From Oscillospiraceae bacterium (GTDB lineage Bacteria > Bacillota > Clostridia > Oscillospirales > Ruminococcaceae): a DNA stretch of 64,000 nt. Below are positions 53,746-63,521 of this stretch, one piece after another. Every line of letters starts with the position of its first letter. Position 1 is the first letter of the stretch. The notes under the pieces were generated by a model. It did no database searches, was not told the origin of the DNA, and worked only from the letters and a program-made list of their open reading frames with translations. The stretch covers positions 8,665-72,664 of the forward strand of contig JBJFFR010000183.1 of the NCBI GenBank assembly GCA_051891935.1. The letters run 5' to 3'. The translations under genes and the position numbers were made by a program.

Positions 53746-54708
53746 CTATTTGTTATAGATAACGTTCCAGTCGGGTTCCTTTGCGCTCTTGTTGGTATAA
53801 GCCTGTGAAGTATCGACGGTCGGATCCTCGCCCTTGCGCGTTTTTCTTGCAATAACTACAAATCGGGACGGTTCAAACTCATTCGAGCAGGTCGAGAGTG
53901 TGAGGAACGAGTCGCCGTATTCAACGTCAACGCCCGTTACTATCTGTGAACGAAGCTCGACATTTTCGATGAAGCTGTTATAGCGTTCCTTTTTGTCGAA
54001 GTTGATGTAGTTGTGGTAATCGAAGATAACTCCGTCGGCAGTTTGCCAGGTTTCAACGGGAGTTACAAAGCAGGCGATGATCTTATAAACATCGGTGCTG
54101 TAATTCGAGCTGAAGGTTATTGTCGGGTGCGATTTATAGAAATCGAGGTCGTGCTTATACTTGGCGAGGTCGCCGAACATGGTCTTGTCCTTCTGGTTAT
54201 GACCGTAGAGGATAAGGTTGTCCGAGCGTTCACGGGCATTGAGCGTTGCGCGGTAGTCGAGGAAGATCGTTCCTGCCTTGTTCTTACTGCCGTCAAAGGC
54301 ACGTTTGAGGTAGTAGGAATTTCCGTCGCTGCCCTTTCGCTGAACGACGGGGAGGGCGATGTTCGTATCGTCTATCTGCACCCAGCCGACTGTATCCTCG
54401 TTTATTTCAAGGAGCTGTTTTGCACTCGGCAGAAGCTCTCCGCCGTTGTCGCCGGGGGTGATGTGCGAGATGATAAGATCTTTGAGCGAGCCGTTGAGGC
54501 GCATTGTGCTCAATGACTGGCGAAGCTCGTTGCCGAGTATCACGATGCAGCCGATAAGGATGACAAGGCAAAGCTGGGTAAAGATCTTGCTTACGACTTC
54601 TTTTGCACTGTCACCCTTCTGGATGAGCAGCCAGTGACCTCTGCGTTCCTTGCGTTTCCTTTTCTGCGCTTTCTTATAGGCTTTTTGAGCCTCACGGGAT
54701 AATGCCAT
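53746..54708 (-). CDS. Class B sortase paralog 1
   Basis: LILYGHNQKDKTMFGDL, LTLSTCSNEFEPSRFVVIARK. VGWVQIDDTNIALPVV resembles the SrtB N-terminal strand. Confidence 0.8.
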   Translation of the reverse strand: MALSREAQKAYKKAQKRKRKERRGHWLLIQKGDSAKEVVSKIFTQLCLVILIGCIVILGNELRQSLSTMRLNGSLKDLIISHITPGDNGGELLPSAKQLLEINEDTVGWVQIDDTNIALPVVQRKGSDGNSYYLKRAFDGSKNKAGTIFLDYRATLNARERSDNLILYGHNQKDKTMFGDLAKYKHDLDFYKSHPTITFSSNYSTDVYKIIACFVTPVETWQTADGVIFDYHNYINFDKKERYNSFIENVELRSQIVTGVDVEYGDSFLTLSTCSNEFEPSRFVVIARKTRKGEDPTVDTSQAYTNKSAKEPDWNVIYNK

Positions 54709-54901
54709 TTATTTATCAGTTCCTAATCTGTGTATATTTATTAGTAGTATAATTATACAGCAAAACAGTCGGAAAGTCAAGAAAATGCGCACGTTTTGTA
54801 GCATTTGCCAAATAAACCTGCTTATAAATTACATATAGGAAAGAGATTGGGGCATACAAAGGCATTTTTTAGAATATTAGGGCAAAATTATACTCTCTGT
54901 A

Positions 54902-54930
54902 TTGACAAAACGGCACATATATTGTATAAT
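54902..54930 (+). promoter_or_regulatory. Promoter upstream of nrdR
   Basis: TTGACA (54902-54907), 17-bp spacer, TG-extended TATAAT (54925-54930). Confidence 0.6.
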
Positions 54931-55061
54931 GATTACATAGTATTCCAATACAAAGGAAACGCTGATATTGCTGCGGCAATAATCAGCTTTTTCCTAATTT
55001 TATGCAAAGGAAATGCTGATCATTACGTTTCGATCATCTTTTCCCGAATGGAGGATCAGAT

Positions 55062-55517
55062 ATGCGCTGTCCGTTCTGCGGTTTTGAAGATACAAAGGTT
55101 ATTGACTCCCGTCCTGCCGACGGTCAGAAGCGCCGCCGCAGAGAATGCACGAGCTGCGGAAGAAGGTTCACGACCTATGAATCGGTCGAAGTTCCCGTTC
55201 TTCTTGTTACGAAAAAGGACAACACGGCGGAGCTTTTTAACCGGAACAAGCTCATTGCCGGAATTTCAACGGCGGTGAAGAAGCGTCCTGTTTCCGCAGG
55301 CGACATAAACCGCATCGTCGAGGAGATCGAAAGCTACTATGCGAACAAGATGGTGACGCAGGTATCGAGTACGGAGCTTGGCGACAGAGTTCTTGCGGCG
55401 CTTCGTGAGATAGACGAGGTGGCTTACGTTCGTTTTGCGTCCGTTTACAAGGATTTTGACGATGTTGACAGCTTTATTGACATAATCTCCGAGCTGCGTG
55501 ATGGGGAGAAAAAATAA
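55062..55517 (+). CDS. nrdR: Transcriptional repressor NrdR
   Basis: MRCPFCG...CTSCGRRFTTYE zinc ribbon plus an ATP-cone. Length 151 aa. Confidence 0.95.
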   Translation: MRCPFCGFEDTKVIDSRPADGQKRRRRECTSCGRRFTTYESVEVPVLLVTKKDNTAELFNRNKLIAGISTAVKKRPVSAGDINRIVEEIESYYANKMVTQVSSTELGDRVLAALREIDEVAYVRFASVYKDFDDVDSFIDIISELRDGEKK

Positions 55518-55535
55518 AAATCAAAGTTTGAATAA

Positions 55536-55572
55536 AAAACACAGTCTGTTTGATTGCAGGCTGTGTTTTTGT
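55536..55572. terminator. Bidirectional terminator between nrdR and the XRE gene
   Basis: aaaaacacagtctg / caggctgtgttttt stem. Confidence 0.6.
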
Positions 55573-55574
55573 TT

Positions 55575-55892
55575 TTATTCGTATTTTTTTATCGTGTCAA
55601 TGATATCGTTGAGTATAAGCTTGCTTTTGCCGTCAAGACGGCTTATTTTTTCGGTAAGTTTTTCGTTGGAAATGTTTTCGTCGGTGCCGATGAGAAGATA
55701 GTTCGGGGTGGTTTTGAGCGCTTGACAAAGATCCATAAGGACTTCAAGGCTCGGTGCGGAGCGTCCTGTTTCAAGGTTTGAGATATACTTGTAATTTACA
55801 TCTATTATTTCGCAGACCTGATACTGTTTGAGACCAAGCTCCTTTCGGCGTTTTGCCATTCTTCGTCCGACTTCACGATAGTCAATATTCAT
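55575..55892 (-). CDS. XRE-family HTH transcriptional regulator
   Basis: LGLKQYQVCEIIDVNYKYISNLETGRSAPSLEVLMDLCQAL. Length 105 aa. Confidence 0.85.
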   Translation of the reverse strand: MNIDYREVGRRMAKRRKELGLKQYQVCEIIDVNYKYISNLETGRSAPSLEVLMDLCQALKTTPNYLLIGTDENISNEKLTEKISRLDGKSKLILNDIIDTIKKYE

Positions 55893-56075
55893 CGTTGCTT
55901 ACTCCTTTCAAGATATATGCGCAGCTGTTAATTCTATATTATCAGCAGAAAAGATCATAAAAAACAACTTAATAAATAGAATTTCTACTTGACAAATAGA
56001 AAAAACTGTCTTATAATAAGAAAAAATGTAAAAAACTGTTTGATAGGCAGTTTTTTATCGGCAAGGTGGGATGAT

Positions 56076-56258
56076 ATGTCGGATATCGGAACAGGCGAAG
56101 CTTCAAAACGATGGGGCTACAGTCAGGAAACTGTGCGGAAGTGGTGTGCCATGGGTTTGATAAAGGGAGCAACACAGGATAAAAAGGGTTCAGCTTTGCA
56201 TATACCGCAAAATGCGGAGTGTCCAAAGAAAATCAAAGCAAACAGCAATATGCTGTAA
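56076..56258 (+). CDS. Small helix-turn-helix protein (excisionase/MerR-like HTH_17 type)
   Basis: Start MSDIGTGEASKRWGYSQETVRKWCAMGLIKGA after RBS aaggtggg. 60 aa. Confidence 0.55.
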   Translation: MSDIGTGEASKRWGYSQETVRKWCAMGLIKGATQDKKGSALHIPQNAECPKKIKANSNML

Positions 56259-56276
56259 AAATTCGGAGGCATGAAT

Positions 56277-56879
56277 ATGGAAATGAAAAAAATTTTATCA
56301 ACGGCAATAGCGGCGGTCATGTGTTTATCGTTTGCAGCTTGTTCTTCAAACACCGCGGCGAATGATGAGACAAAGAATTCAGCTTCGGCAAAATCAGCGC
56401 AGAAATCAAGCTCGGTATCTGTTTCGGCGTTTGAAAATCAGCTGAATAAAACAGGCGAATGGGAATTCGATATCGAAGAGACTAAAAAAGGGTTTGAAAT
56501 TGTCGGAAAAGAAACGCATGATGATGCGGCTGAATTCAAGGGAAAGGCAGACGATAACAAAAAGGTTTACTCAGCTGTTCTCACTTACAAAAATGTTGTG
56601 GCTGACAAGCTTGGTGATTCGGATAAGCTTGAGGATATGCTTGTTTCATTCAGCAGTGACCCATCGACAGTTCCACAAAATGAGATATGGAGCATACAGT
56701 GCTTTCTGGATTATGTGGGGATCTGTACGCTGTGTTCGGGAGATCCCGACGTTACCCTTGGCAGTATGATGGAATATATGACAAGTGGGACTAAATTTGA
56801 AGCAAACGGCTGGAAAGTAAGTGTAAAGTTAAACCGCAGTGCAGGCACTTGCACGGTCGATGCGGAATATAAGGGTTAA
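56277..56879 (+). CDS. Hypothetical lipoprotein
   Basis: MEMKKILSTAIAAVMCLSFAAC signal peptide with lipobox. ATG 56277 lies 7 nt after GGAGG. Confidence 0.6.
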   Translation: MEMKKILSTAIAAVMCLSFAACSSNTAANDETKNSASAKSAQKSSSVSVSAFENQLNKTGEWEFDIEETKKGFEIVGKETHDDAAEFKGKADDNKKVYSAVLTYKNVVADKLGDSDKLEDMLVSFSSDPSTVPQNEIWSIQCFLDYVGICTLCSGDPDVTLGSMMEYMTSGTKFEANGWKVSVKLNRSAGTCTVDAEYKG

Positions 56880-56903
56880 AACTGATCTGAGGAGAGTGTG
56901 GAT

Positions 56904-57281
56904 ATGTATTGCAAAAAATGCGGAAAAGAAAACGAGGATAACGTTCTTATATGCAAAGAGTGCGGTTGCTCGCTTGTGAATGTGCCGACAGAGAAGCCAA
57001 AAAAGATACAATCGGTATGGTCGCTGATCGGAATGGGTATCGGTGCGGCTGTAGTGATATGCGGAATTATTATGATAATTTCCCCCGATGTTTCTGGTGT
57101 ATGGATAAAAAGTTACAGCTTCGGTGCGGATTTTTACACCGAAATTTACAATGCGACGAGCAAGGTCGCAGACAGCAATATCAATGCCGCAAAGGCAATA
57201 GTGAGAGGGCTTGGCTGTGCTACGGCGTCGATAGGCGCTTTTATGGCAGTCTATTTTGGCAGAGCGGCTTTTGAAAAGTGA
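56904..57281 (+). CDS. Zinc-ribbon membrane protein
   Basis: MYCKKCGKEN...ICKECGC followed by two hydrophobic segments. Confidence 0.65.
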   Translation: MYCKKCGKENEDNVLICKECGCSLVNVPTEKPKKIQSVWSLIGMGIGAAVVICGIIMIISPDVSGVWIKSYSFGADFYTEIYNATSKVADSNINAAKAIVRGLGCATASIGAFMAVYFGRAAFEK

Positions 57282-57334
57282 GGCAGTACATTGTAAAAAA
57301 TTGTTGAATATAAAAACAAAGAGGAGAGATTTGT

Positions 57335-57817
57335 ATGTTCAGATCAAAAATGAAGAAGCTGTTCAAAAGTGTTGTGTGTGCTGTTGCGGTTGTGTTTTGC
57401 ATAGCTGCTTTGAGCGGCTGCGGTGCAAGCAAGGTTTCCGTTTCGGATGCAGTGAGTTGGGCGGAAACGGTGAACCGTACTGTTTCGTCCGAGCTGTCCC
57501 GTGCGGCGTTCGGGGGTGACGGGTTCGGAACGGTGAGTGGTACTGCGAGCCTGTCGTTCGGCAATGTTACCAACGGGAACTATTCGATAAAGTGGAGCGG
57601 CGTAAGCAGTCACCCGGATCTGGATCTGGAATATGTTCTGCTTTCCGACTTTGATGGTTATGCTTATGTTGAATTCGATCCTGTAACATATACTGTTGAG
57701 TATGCATTGTGGTCTCCCGAGCAGATCCCTGAGAAATACAAACATAAGCTAAGTCTTGCTGAGGAGGAGCAGAGTGAAAAAGACGGTACGGTCGTTGGCT
57801 GTTATCCTCAGAAGTAA
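57335..57817 (+). CDS. Hypothetical lipoprotein
   Basis: Signal peptide and lipobox (IAALSGC). RBS gaggagag. Confidence 0.6.
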   Translation: MFRSKMKKLFKSVVCAVAVVFCIAALSGCGASKVSVSDAVSWAETVNRTVSSELSRAAFGGDGFGTVSGTASLSFGNVTNGNYSIKWSGVSSHPDLDLEYVLLSDFDGYAYVEFDPVTYTVEYALWSPEQIPEKYKHKLSLAEEEQSEKDGTVVGCYPQK

Positions 57818-57847
57818 TCATTGTATATAACTATTGGGGAGAAATAG

Positions 57848-58150
57848 ATGTATTGTTCAAAATGCGGAAATGAGATCGACAGTGAGGCTTTGATATGTCC
57901 GAGATGCGGCTGTGCAACGGCTAATATGCCTTTTCGGACAAATGAAGCGGCTGCGGCAGATGAAGAGGATGCTTCGCTTTGGAAAAATGCAATCATTTTT
58001 GCGTTTGTTGTACCGATAGCAGGATTGATAATGGGCATTATAGGCTGCATTCAATACAAGAACCTGAATTACAAAAATAATTCTGTAATGGCAATAGTCA
58101 TTTCGATAATAGTAACTGCTATATGTGCAGCGATAATTGTTTTTATATAA
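57848..58150 (+). CDS. Zinc-ribbon membrane protein (paralog a)
   Basis: MYCSKCGNEIDSEALICPRCGC plus two TMs. Paralogous to 58166-58483. Confidence 0.7.
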   Translation: MYCSKCGNEIDSEALICPRCGCATANMPFRTNEAAAADEEDASLWKNAIIFAFVVPIAGLIMGIIGCIQYKNLNYKNNSVMAIVISIIVTAICAAIIVFI

Positions 58151-58165
58151 AATGGAGGAATAAAA

Positions 58166-58483
58166 ATGTTTTGTTCAAAATGCGGAAATGAAATTGATAA
58201 TGATGCTTTGATCTGTCCGAAATGCGGCTGTGCTACAATGAATATGGCTGCACAGAAAAACACGGTTTCGGCTGATACATCGGGAGAAACAAGTACACTT
58301 GCTACCTGTGCGATCGTTTTTGCGATACTGCTTCCGATCGTCGGTATAATACTCGGTATCATAGGTGCGGTAAAATACAAGACCGAAGCGTACAAAAATA
58401 AATGCATTACGGCTATTGTTTTGTCTGTTGTAGTATGGGTTGCATGCATAGTATTTGCGGCTGTAATTTCATCTATGCTTTGA
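58166..58483 (+). CDS. Zinc-ribbon membrane protein (paralog b)
   Basis: MFCSKCGNEIDNDALICPKCGC plus two TMs. Confidence 0.7.
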   Translation: MFCSKCGNEIDNDALICPKCGCATMNMAAQKNTVSADTSGETSTLATCAIVFAILLPIVGIILGIIGAVKYKTEAYKNKCITAIVLSVVVWVACIVFAAVISSML

Positions 58484-58535
58484 TTAAAGTGATTATCTAA
58501 AAGAAAACTGCTGAAAATCGGCACTATACATTTAG

Positions 58536-58575
58536 CCCGACAGGTCAATCAACGGCTTGTCGGGTATTTTTGTTT
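58536..58575 (+). terminator. Terminator after the zinc-ribbon cluster
   Basis: cccgaca / tgtcggg stem followed by tattttt. Confidence 0.55.
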
Positions 58576-58739
58576 TGAAACAATAGACACAGAACAGGCT
58601 TTCTTCGTTATTCGGGAACACTATTATGCAAAAATAAAGCTTTTATTCACGTTTTATACATTATATTCTGCATAAAATAGAAAAATATACACAAAATACT
58701 GCATAAAATAAAAAAATCAAGAAAAATATGCAAAAACGC

Positions 58740-58767
58740 TTGACAAAAACAGGATAAGGTGTATAAT
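58740..58767 (+). promoter_or_regulatory. Promoter of argG
   Basis: TTGACA (58740-58745), 16-bp spacer, TG-extended TATAAT (58762-58767). Confidence 0.55.
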
Positions 58768-58831
58768 TAGAATATCACGAAGAAATTCGTAAAAAATATT
58801 GTATTTTAATACATTTATGGAGGAAAATAAA

Positions 58832-60061
58832 ATGGCAAAAGAAATCAAAAAGGTTGTTCTGGCTTATTCGGGCGGACTTGATACTTCTATCATTATTCCG
58901 TGGTTAAAGGAAAACTACAATAACTGCGAAGTTATCGCTGTTTCGGCTGATGTAGGTCAGGGAACAGAGCTTGACGGACTTGAAGAAAAGGCTATCAAGA
59001 CAGGCGCTTCCAAGCTCTACATAGAAGACCTTACGGAAGAATTCATCACCGATTACGTTTATCCGACCGTTCAGGCAGGCGCTGTCTACGAGAACAAGTA
59101 TATGCTCGGTACTTCCTTTGCCCGTCCTATCATTGCAAAGAGAATTGCAGAGATCGCTGTCAAGGAAGGCGCTGACGCTATCTGCCACGGCTGCACAGGC
59201 AAGGGCAACGATCAGGTTCGTTTTGAGCTTGCTATAAAGGCTTTCGCTCCCGATATGGAGATCATTGCTCCATGGAGAGTATGGGATATCAAGAGCCGTG
59301 ACGAAGAGATCGACTACGCAGAGGCACACAACATTCCTCTTAAGATAAACAGAGAAACAAACTACTCCAAGGATAAGAATATATGGCATCTTTCCCACGA
59401 AGGTCTTGACCTTGAAGATCCTGCAAACGAGCCGCAGTATGAGAAGCCCGGCTTCCTTGAAATGGGCGTTTCTCCTATCCAGGCTCCCGACAAGCCGACT
59501 TATGTTACTATCCACTTTGAAAAGGGCGTTCCTACAGCTGTTGACGGCAAGACAATGAACGGCACAGAGCTTGTAACCGCTCTTAACAAGCTCGGTGGCG
59601 AGAACGGCATCGGTCTTGTTGATCTTGTTGAAAACCGTCTTGTCGGCATGAAGTCCAGAGGCGTTTATGAAACACCGGGCGGAGCTATTCTTTATCACGC
59701 TCACGAAGTCCTTGAAACTATCACACTTGACAAGGCTACACAGCGTATGAAGCAGAAGCTTGCTATCGACTTTGCAGACCTCGTTTACAACGGTCAGTGG
59801 TTCACACCTGTTCGTGAAGCTCTCTCTGCTTTCGTTACAAAGACACAGGAAACTGTTACAGGCGATGTTAAGCTCAAGCTCTACAAGGGCAATATCATCA
59901 ATGCAGGCGTTACTTCTCCTTACACTCTTTATGATGAGGAAGTTGCAACATTTGATGAAGATCACGTTTACAATCAGGCTGATGCAACAGGCTTTATCAA
60001 TCTCTTTGGTCTTCCTATCAAGGTCAAGGCTGTACTTGACGCAAAGAGAAATAACAAGTAA
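58832..60061 (+). CDS. argG: Argininosuccinate synthase
   Basis: Start [19 protein letters not shown] (RBS tggagga). Length about 409 aa. Confidence 0.95.
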   Translation: MAKEIKKVVLAYSGGLDTSIIIPWLKENYNNCEVIAVSADVGQGTELDGLEEKAIKTGASKLYIEDLTEEFITDYVYPTVQAGAVYENKYMLGTSFARPIIAKRIAEIAVKEGADAICHGCTGKGNDQVRFELAIKAFAPDMEIIAPWRVWDIKSRDEEIDYAEAHNIPLKINRETNYSKDKNIWHLSHEGLDLEDPANEPQYEKPGFLEMGVSPIQAPDKPTYVTIHFEKGVPTAVDGKTMNGTELVTALNKLGGENGIGLVDLVENRLVGMKSRGVYETPGGAILYHAHEVLETITLDKATQRMKQKLAIDFADLVYNGQWFTPVREALSAFVTKTQETVTGDVKLKLYKGNIINAGVTSPYTLYDEEVATFDEDHVYNQADATGFINLFGLPIKVKAVLDAKRNNK

Positions 60062-60075
60062 GGCGGATATCCGAT

Positions 60076-61398
60076 ATGGGATTTAGGGGTAAAATTTCGG
60101 CGGTTCTTGCAGCTGCGGCGATAGCTTTTTCCACGGCTGCTCCTGCTTATGCAGGGTTCGTTTTCAACGGTGAAGAATGGATCTGGCAGTGGGACGTAAT
60201 TGAAGAAGCGGAAGAGATTGAAGATACGCCTGTTCAGGATGATGTTGTCGAGGATATTCCTGTCGAAGTAGAGGAAGAGGATGAGGAAGAGGATCTTGAC
60301 TGGGAATGGTCAAATAATCTGTTCCCGAGGACAGACTATAAGAAGCTCACCTATCTTGAATCCTTTGATGACGGCATCAAGGTCGGAATAAAGAGCTCCG
60401 ATGTTTCCCGATGCAAGTTTTATCTTTATGACAAGAAAAAAGGCAAGTATGTCTTTAATGATGAATGCGATCCGCAGTTTTTTGAAAACCTGCTTTTCAA
60501 CGGAAGTCTTGTTATTGACGGTCTGAAAGCCGGAACGACTTACAAGATAAAGCTTGTTTCCTACGGCAAAAACGGCAAGAAGATCCGCACGGAATACCTT
60601 ACGGCAAAGACGCTTTCCAAAGCGCCGCAGGTCGTTATCAAGAACAACGGCAAGAAAGCGACTGTTACCTGGAAAGCATTGCAGCCGAATGCTAAAGGTT
60701 ATGAGATCTATAAAAAGAAGGCTGAAAAAGATACCGGTGGTACTATTATTCATCTGACACAGCCTGTCTACAATTTAAAGAGTCTTGAAAAAGACGGATT
60801 TAAGCTTTCAACGCGAAAAACCGGCAAAACCTCGGGTAAGATCACTTTAAAATCCGGCAGCGGATGGGAGTATTCTATCCGCACATTTAAAATAGTAAAA
60901 GGAAAGCGTGTTTACAGTGGCTTTTCCGAACCGCTCAGCACAGAAAGCCTTGAAGCTTACCTCAACAGCAAGAAAGCTGTTTCTCACGAGTATTCAAGCG
61001 GTGAGGAGCTAAAGCTTGTTAAAAAATATGTTGCGCAGGTAACTACAAAGAACATGACCAATGCCGAAAAGATGAAGGCTATCTTTGATCTTTGCCATTC
61101 GCACGGCACATATCAGAATGATATTTACAAGATCGATGCGAAGCGTCCTGTATGGCAGCTTATGGTCAAGGGTGAAGGACAATGCGCTACTTGGGCATAT
61201 TCGCTCCATTCGATGCTGGAATATGCAGGCATTGACTGCCGAGTTGTAAGAGGACTGCGTTCATCGGGTCAGCAGCATTTCTGGTGTCAGGTAAAGATCA
61301 ACGGCAGCTGGTATGATCTGGATGCGCATCTCGGAACATATCTGTCGAAGTATGACGGTGATTATAGAGGATATGTTATCCAGGATTATTCAGGCTAA
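60076..61398 (+). CDS. Secreted protein with acidic linker, Ig/Fn3-like middle and C-terminal transglutaminase-like cysteine protease core
   Basis: Signal peptide. EEAEEIED...EEEDEEED linker. Cys-His-Asp pattern GQCATWAYSL ... HFWCQVKINGSWYDLD. Confidence 0.7.
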   Translation: MGFRGKISAVLAAAAIAFSTAAPAYAGFVFNGEEWIWQWDVIEEAEEIEDTPVQDDVVEDIPVEVEEEDEEEDLDWEWSNNLFPRTDYKKLTYLESFDDGIKVGIKSSDVSRCKFYLYDKKKGKYVFNDECDPQFFENLLFNGSLVIDGLKAGTTYKIKLVSYGKNGKKIRTEYLTAKTLSKAPQVVIKNNGKKATVTWKALQPNAKGYEIYKKKAEKDTGGTIIHLTQPVYNLKSLEKDGFKLSTRKTGKTSGKITLKSGSGWEYSIRTFKIVKGKRVYSGFSEPLSTESLEAYLNSKKAVSHEYSSGEELKLVKKYVAQVTTKNMTNAEKMKAIFDLCHSHGTYQNDIYKIDAKRPVWQLMVKGEGQCATWAYSLHSMLEYAGIDCRVVRGLRSSGQQHFWCQVKINGSWYDLDAHLGTYLSKYDGDYRGYVIQDYSG

Positions 61399-61403
61399 AA
61401 ATA

Positions 61404-61437
61404 AGGGCGGACAGCTATCCGCCCTTGTGTTGTTTCT
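61404..61437 (+). terminator. Terminator after the transglutaminase-like gene
   Basis: agggcgga / tccgccct stem followed by a T-rich tract. Confidence 0.6.
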
Positions 61438-61586
61438 GTAAAAGCGTATATTTTCCTAAAAAATGCGAAAAATAACGTTAAATTCGGTCAGGGACAACGC
61501 CGCATAACACCTGAAAAAACGGCAGGTTTTGTGCGGCATTGCCTCGGAATTGTTTTACATTACATATAGAATAAGGAGAAGATTTG

Positions 61587-62123
61587 ATGAAGATAAGAAA
61601 AATAATGGCTGCAGTCATTTTGATAGCCGTTTTTGCGTTTTCGGCTTGCTCGTCGGGCAAGACAGGACAGAGCGAAGAAGATGCCGAGCTTCACAGCAAG
61701 CTTGTTGGAATGTGGTTCTATCCCGAATCTGCCCAATACGATGAGGATGGAAATCTTATTGCATTTTCGGCATATCAGTTCACAGATCAGGCGTTAAGAT
61801 GCCACGATGTCACGGAAACGCAGATAATGACCTATTTAATGGACGCTTACAAAATTGAAAACGGAAGATATGTTGTTACTGCTTCGGACGGAACAGAGCA
61901 GTTTGCGATCATTAGTATAAAAGAAGTTGACGGAAAGGATCATCTTTTCTGGGATATTGAAACGAAGACAATGGAGTTTATCAGAATGACGGATGAAGAG
62001 ATAGAGGAATACTCTATACCGAATAATCCCGAGCTTGCGGATGAGGAAAAAGAATTGCTCGGCATTGACGTCGGAGAAACAGTGTCGGAAGAGATAATGA
62101 CGATACCTTCCGCTTTGGAATGA
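61587..62123 (+). CDS. Hypothetical lipoprotein
   Basis: MKIRKIMAAVILIAVFAFSAC lipobox. RBS aaggag. Confidence 0.6.
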   Translation: MKIRKIMAAVILIAVFAFSACSSGKTGQSEEDAELHSKLVGMWFYPESAQYDEDGNLIAFSAYQFTDQALRCHDVTETQIMTYLMDAYKIENGRYVVTASDGTEQFAIISIKEVDGKDHLFWDIETKTMEFIRMTDEEIEEYSIPNNPELADEEKELLGIDVGETVSEEIMTIPSALE

Positions 62124-62144
62124 TCTCATAAGGAGGATTTGAAA

Positions 62145-63521
62145 ATGAATAGTAAGATGTGGGCAGGACGTTCCTCCAAAGAGGTCGATTCAAGAGTTAA
62201 TGATTTTAACTCGTCAATAAAATTTGATTCGAGAATGTACAGACAGGACATAAAGGGTTCGATGGCTCACGCCGAAATGCTCGGCGACTGCGGCATCATT
62301 GAAAAGTCGGAGAGCGAAAGGATCATCTCGGGACTTGAAGAGATACTTGCTGATATTGACAGCGGAAAGCTGCTTTTTGACCCGAATGCAGAAGATATAC
62401 ACATGTTCGTTGAATCCGAGCTTACAAAGCGCCTTGGCGACACGGGCAAGCGCCTTCACACGGCTCGAAGCAGAAACGATCAGGTTGCGCTCGACATAAG
62501 AATGTACCTTAAAGATGAAGTGAACGAGATAATCCCGATGATCCGTGAGCTTATAGGTGTTCTCTGCGACATTGCGGAGAAGAATCTTGATACTATTATG
62601 CCCGGCTACACTCATCTTCAGCGTGCGCAGCCGATAACCTTTGCGCACCACATGATGGCTTATGCGCAGATGCTCATTCGTGACATCGGCAGATTTGAGG
62701 ATACATACAAGCGTATGGACAGAATGCCGCTCGGAAGCGGTGCGCTTGCAACGACAACTTATCCGATAAACCGAAGACAGGTTTGTGAGCTGCTCGGATT
62801 TGAGGATATCACGATGAACTCTTTGGACGGCGTTTCGGACAGAGATTTCTGCGTTGAGATGTGTTCGGCGATATCCATACTGATGATGCATCTTTCACGT
62901 TTTTCCGAGGAGATAATCCTCTGGAGCTCGTGGGAGTTCAAGTTCATTGAGCTTGACGATGCGTATGCTACGGGTTCGTCCATCATGCCGCAGAAGAAGA
63001 ACCCCGATGTTACGGAGCTTATCAGAGGCAAGACGGGCAGAGTTTACGGCGATCTCAACACGCTGCTTGTAATGCTCAAGGGCACTCCGCTTGCATATAA
63101 CAAGGATATGCAGGAGGACAAGGAAGCTATTTTCGATGCGATAGACACGGTAAAGCTTTGCCTTACAACGTTTATCCCGATGCTTTCGACAATGGAGCTT
63201 TACAAGGAGAATATGAGAAACGCTGCGGCGAGAGGCTTCATCAACGCTACCGACTGTGCGGATTATCTTGTAAAGAAGGGTCTTCCGTTCAGAGATGCTT
63301 ACAAGATCACGGGAACGCTCGTTGCTTACTGCATAAAGAATCAGACGGTGCTTGAAGAGCTTACGATCGAGGAGTTCCGTGAGCTTTCGCCCGTATTCGA
63401 TGATGATGTTTACGAGGCTATAAGGCTTGAAACCTGTGTAAACATGAGAAAGGCTGACGGAGGTCCTGCTCCCGAGGCTGTTAAGAAGCAGATAGAATTT
63501 GCAAGAAAATATACAAAATGA
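62145..63521 (+). CDS. argH: Argininosuccinate lyase
   Basis: ATG 62145 lies 8 nt after AGGAGG. Fumarate-lyase signature [12 protein letters not shown]. Confidence 0.95.
   Translation: MNSKMWAGRSSKEVDSRVNDFNSSIKFDSRMYRQDIKGSMAHAEMLGDCGIIEKSESERIISGLEEILADIDSGKLLFDPNAEDIHMFVESELTKRLGDTGKRLHTARSRNDQVALDIRMYLKDEVNEIIPMIRELIGVLCDIAEKNLDTIMPGYTHLQRAQPITFAHHMMAYAQMLIRDIGRFEDTYKRMDRMPLGSGALATTTYPINRRQVCELLGFEDITMNSLDGVSDRDFCVEMCSAISILMMHLSRFSEEIILWSSWEFKFIELDDAYATGSSIMPQKKNPDVTELIRGKTGRVYGDLNTLLVMLKGTPLAYNKDMQEDKEAIFDAIDTVKLCLTTFIPMLSTMELYKENMRNAAARGFINATDCADYLVKKGLPFRDAYKITGTLVAYCIKNQTVLEELTIEEFRELSPVFDDDVYEAIRLETCVNMRKADGGPAPEAVKKQIEFARKYTK

Noticed and set aside
54911-54927. NrdR box in the nrdR promoter (cacatatattgtat)
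   Set aside because: Only the outer ACA/TGT bases are palindromic. The spacing does not fit the 16-bp NrdR-box consensus, and no convincing second box lies about 31 bp away.
54805-55278. 157-aa + strand ORF overlapping the nrdR start
   Set aside because: It is out of frame with the clearly identified nrdR, spans the promoter and leader repeats, and has no RBS.
55575-58483. Prophage remnant or integrative element
   Set aside because: XRE and excisionase-like HTH genes are present, but I found no integrase, recombinase, att-like direct repeats, tRNA target or structural phage genes.
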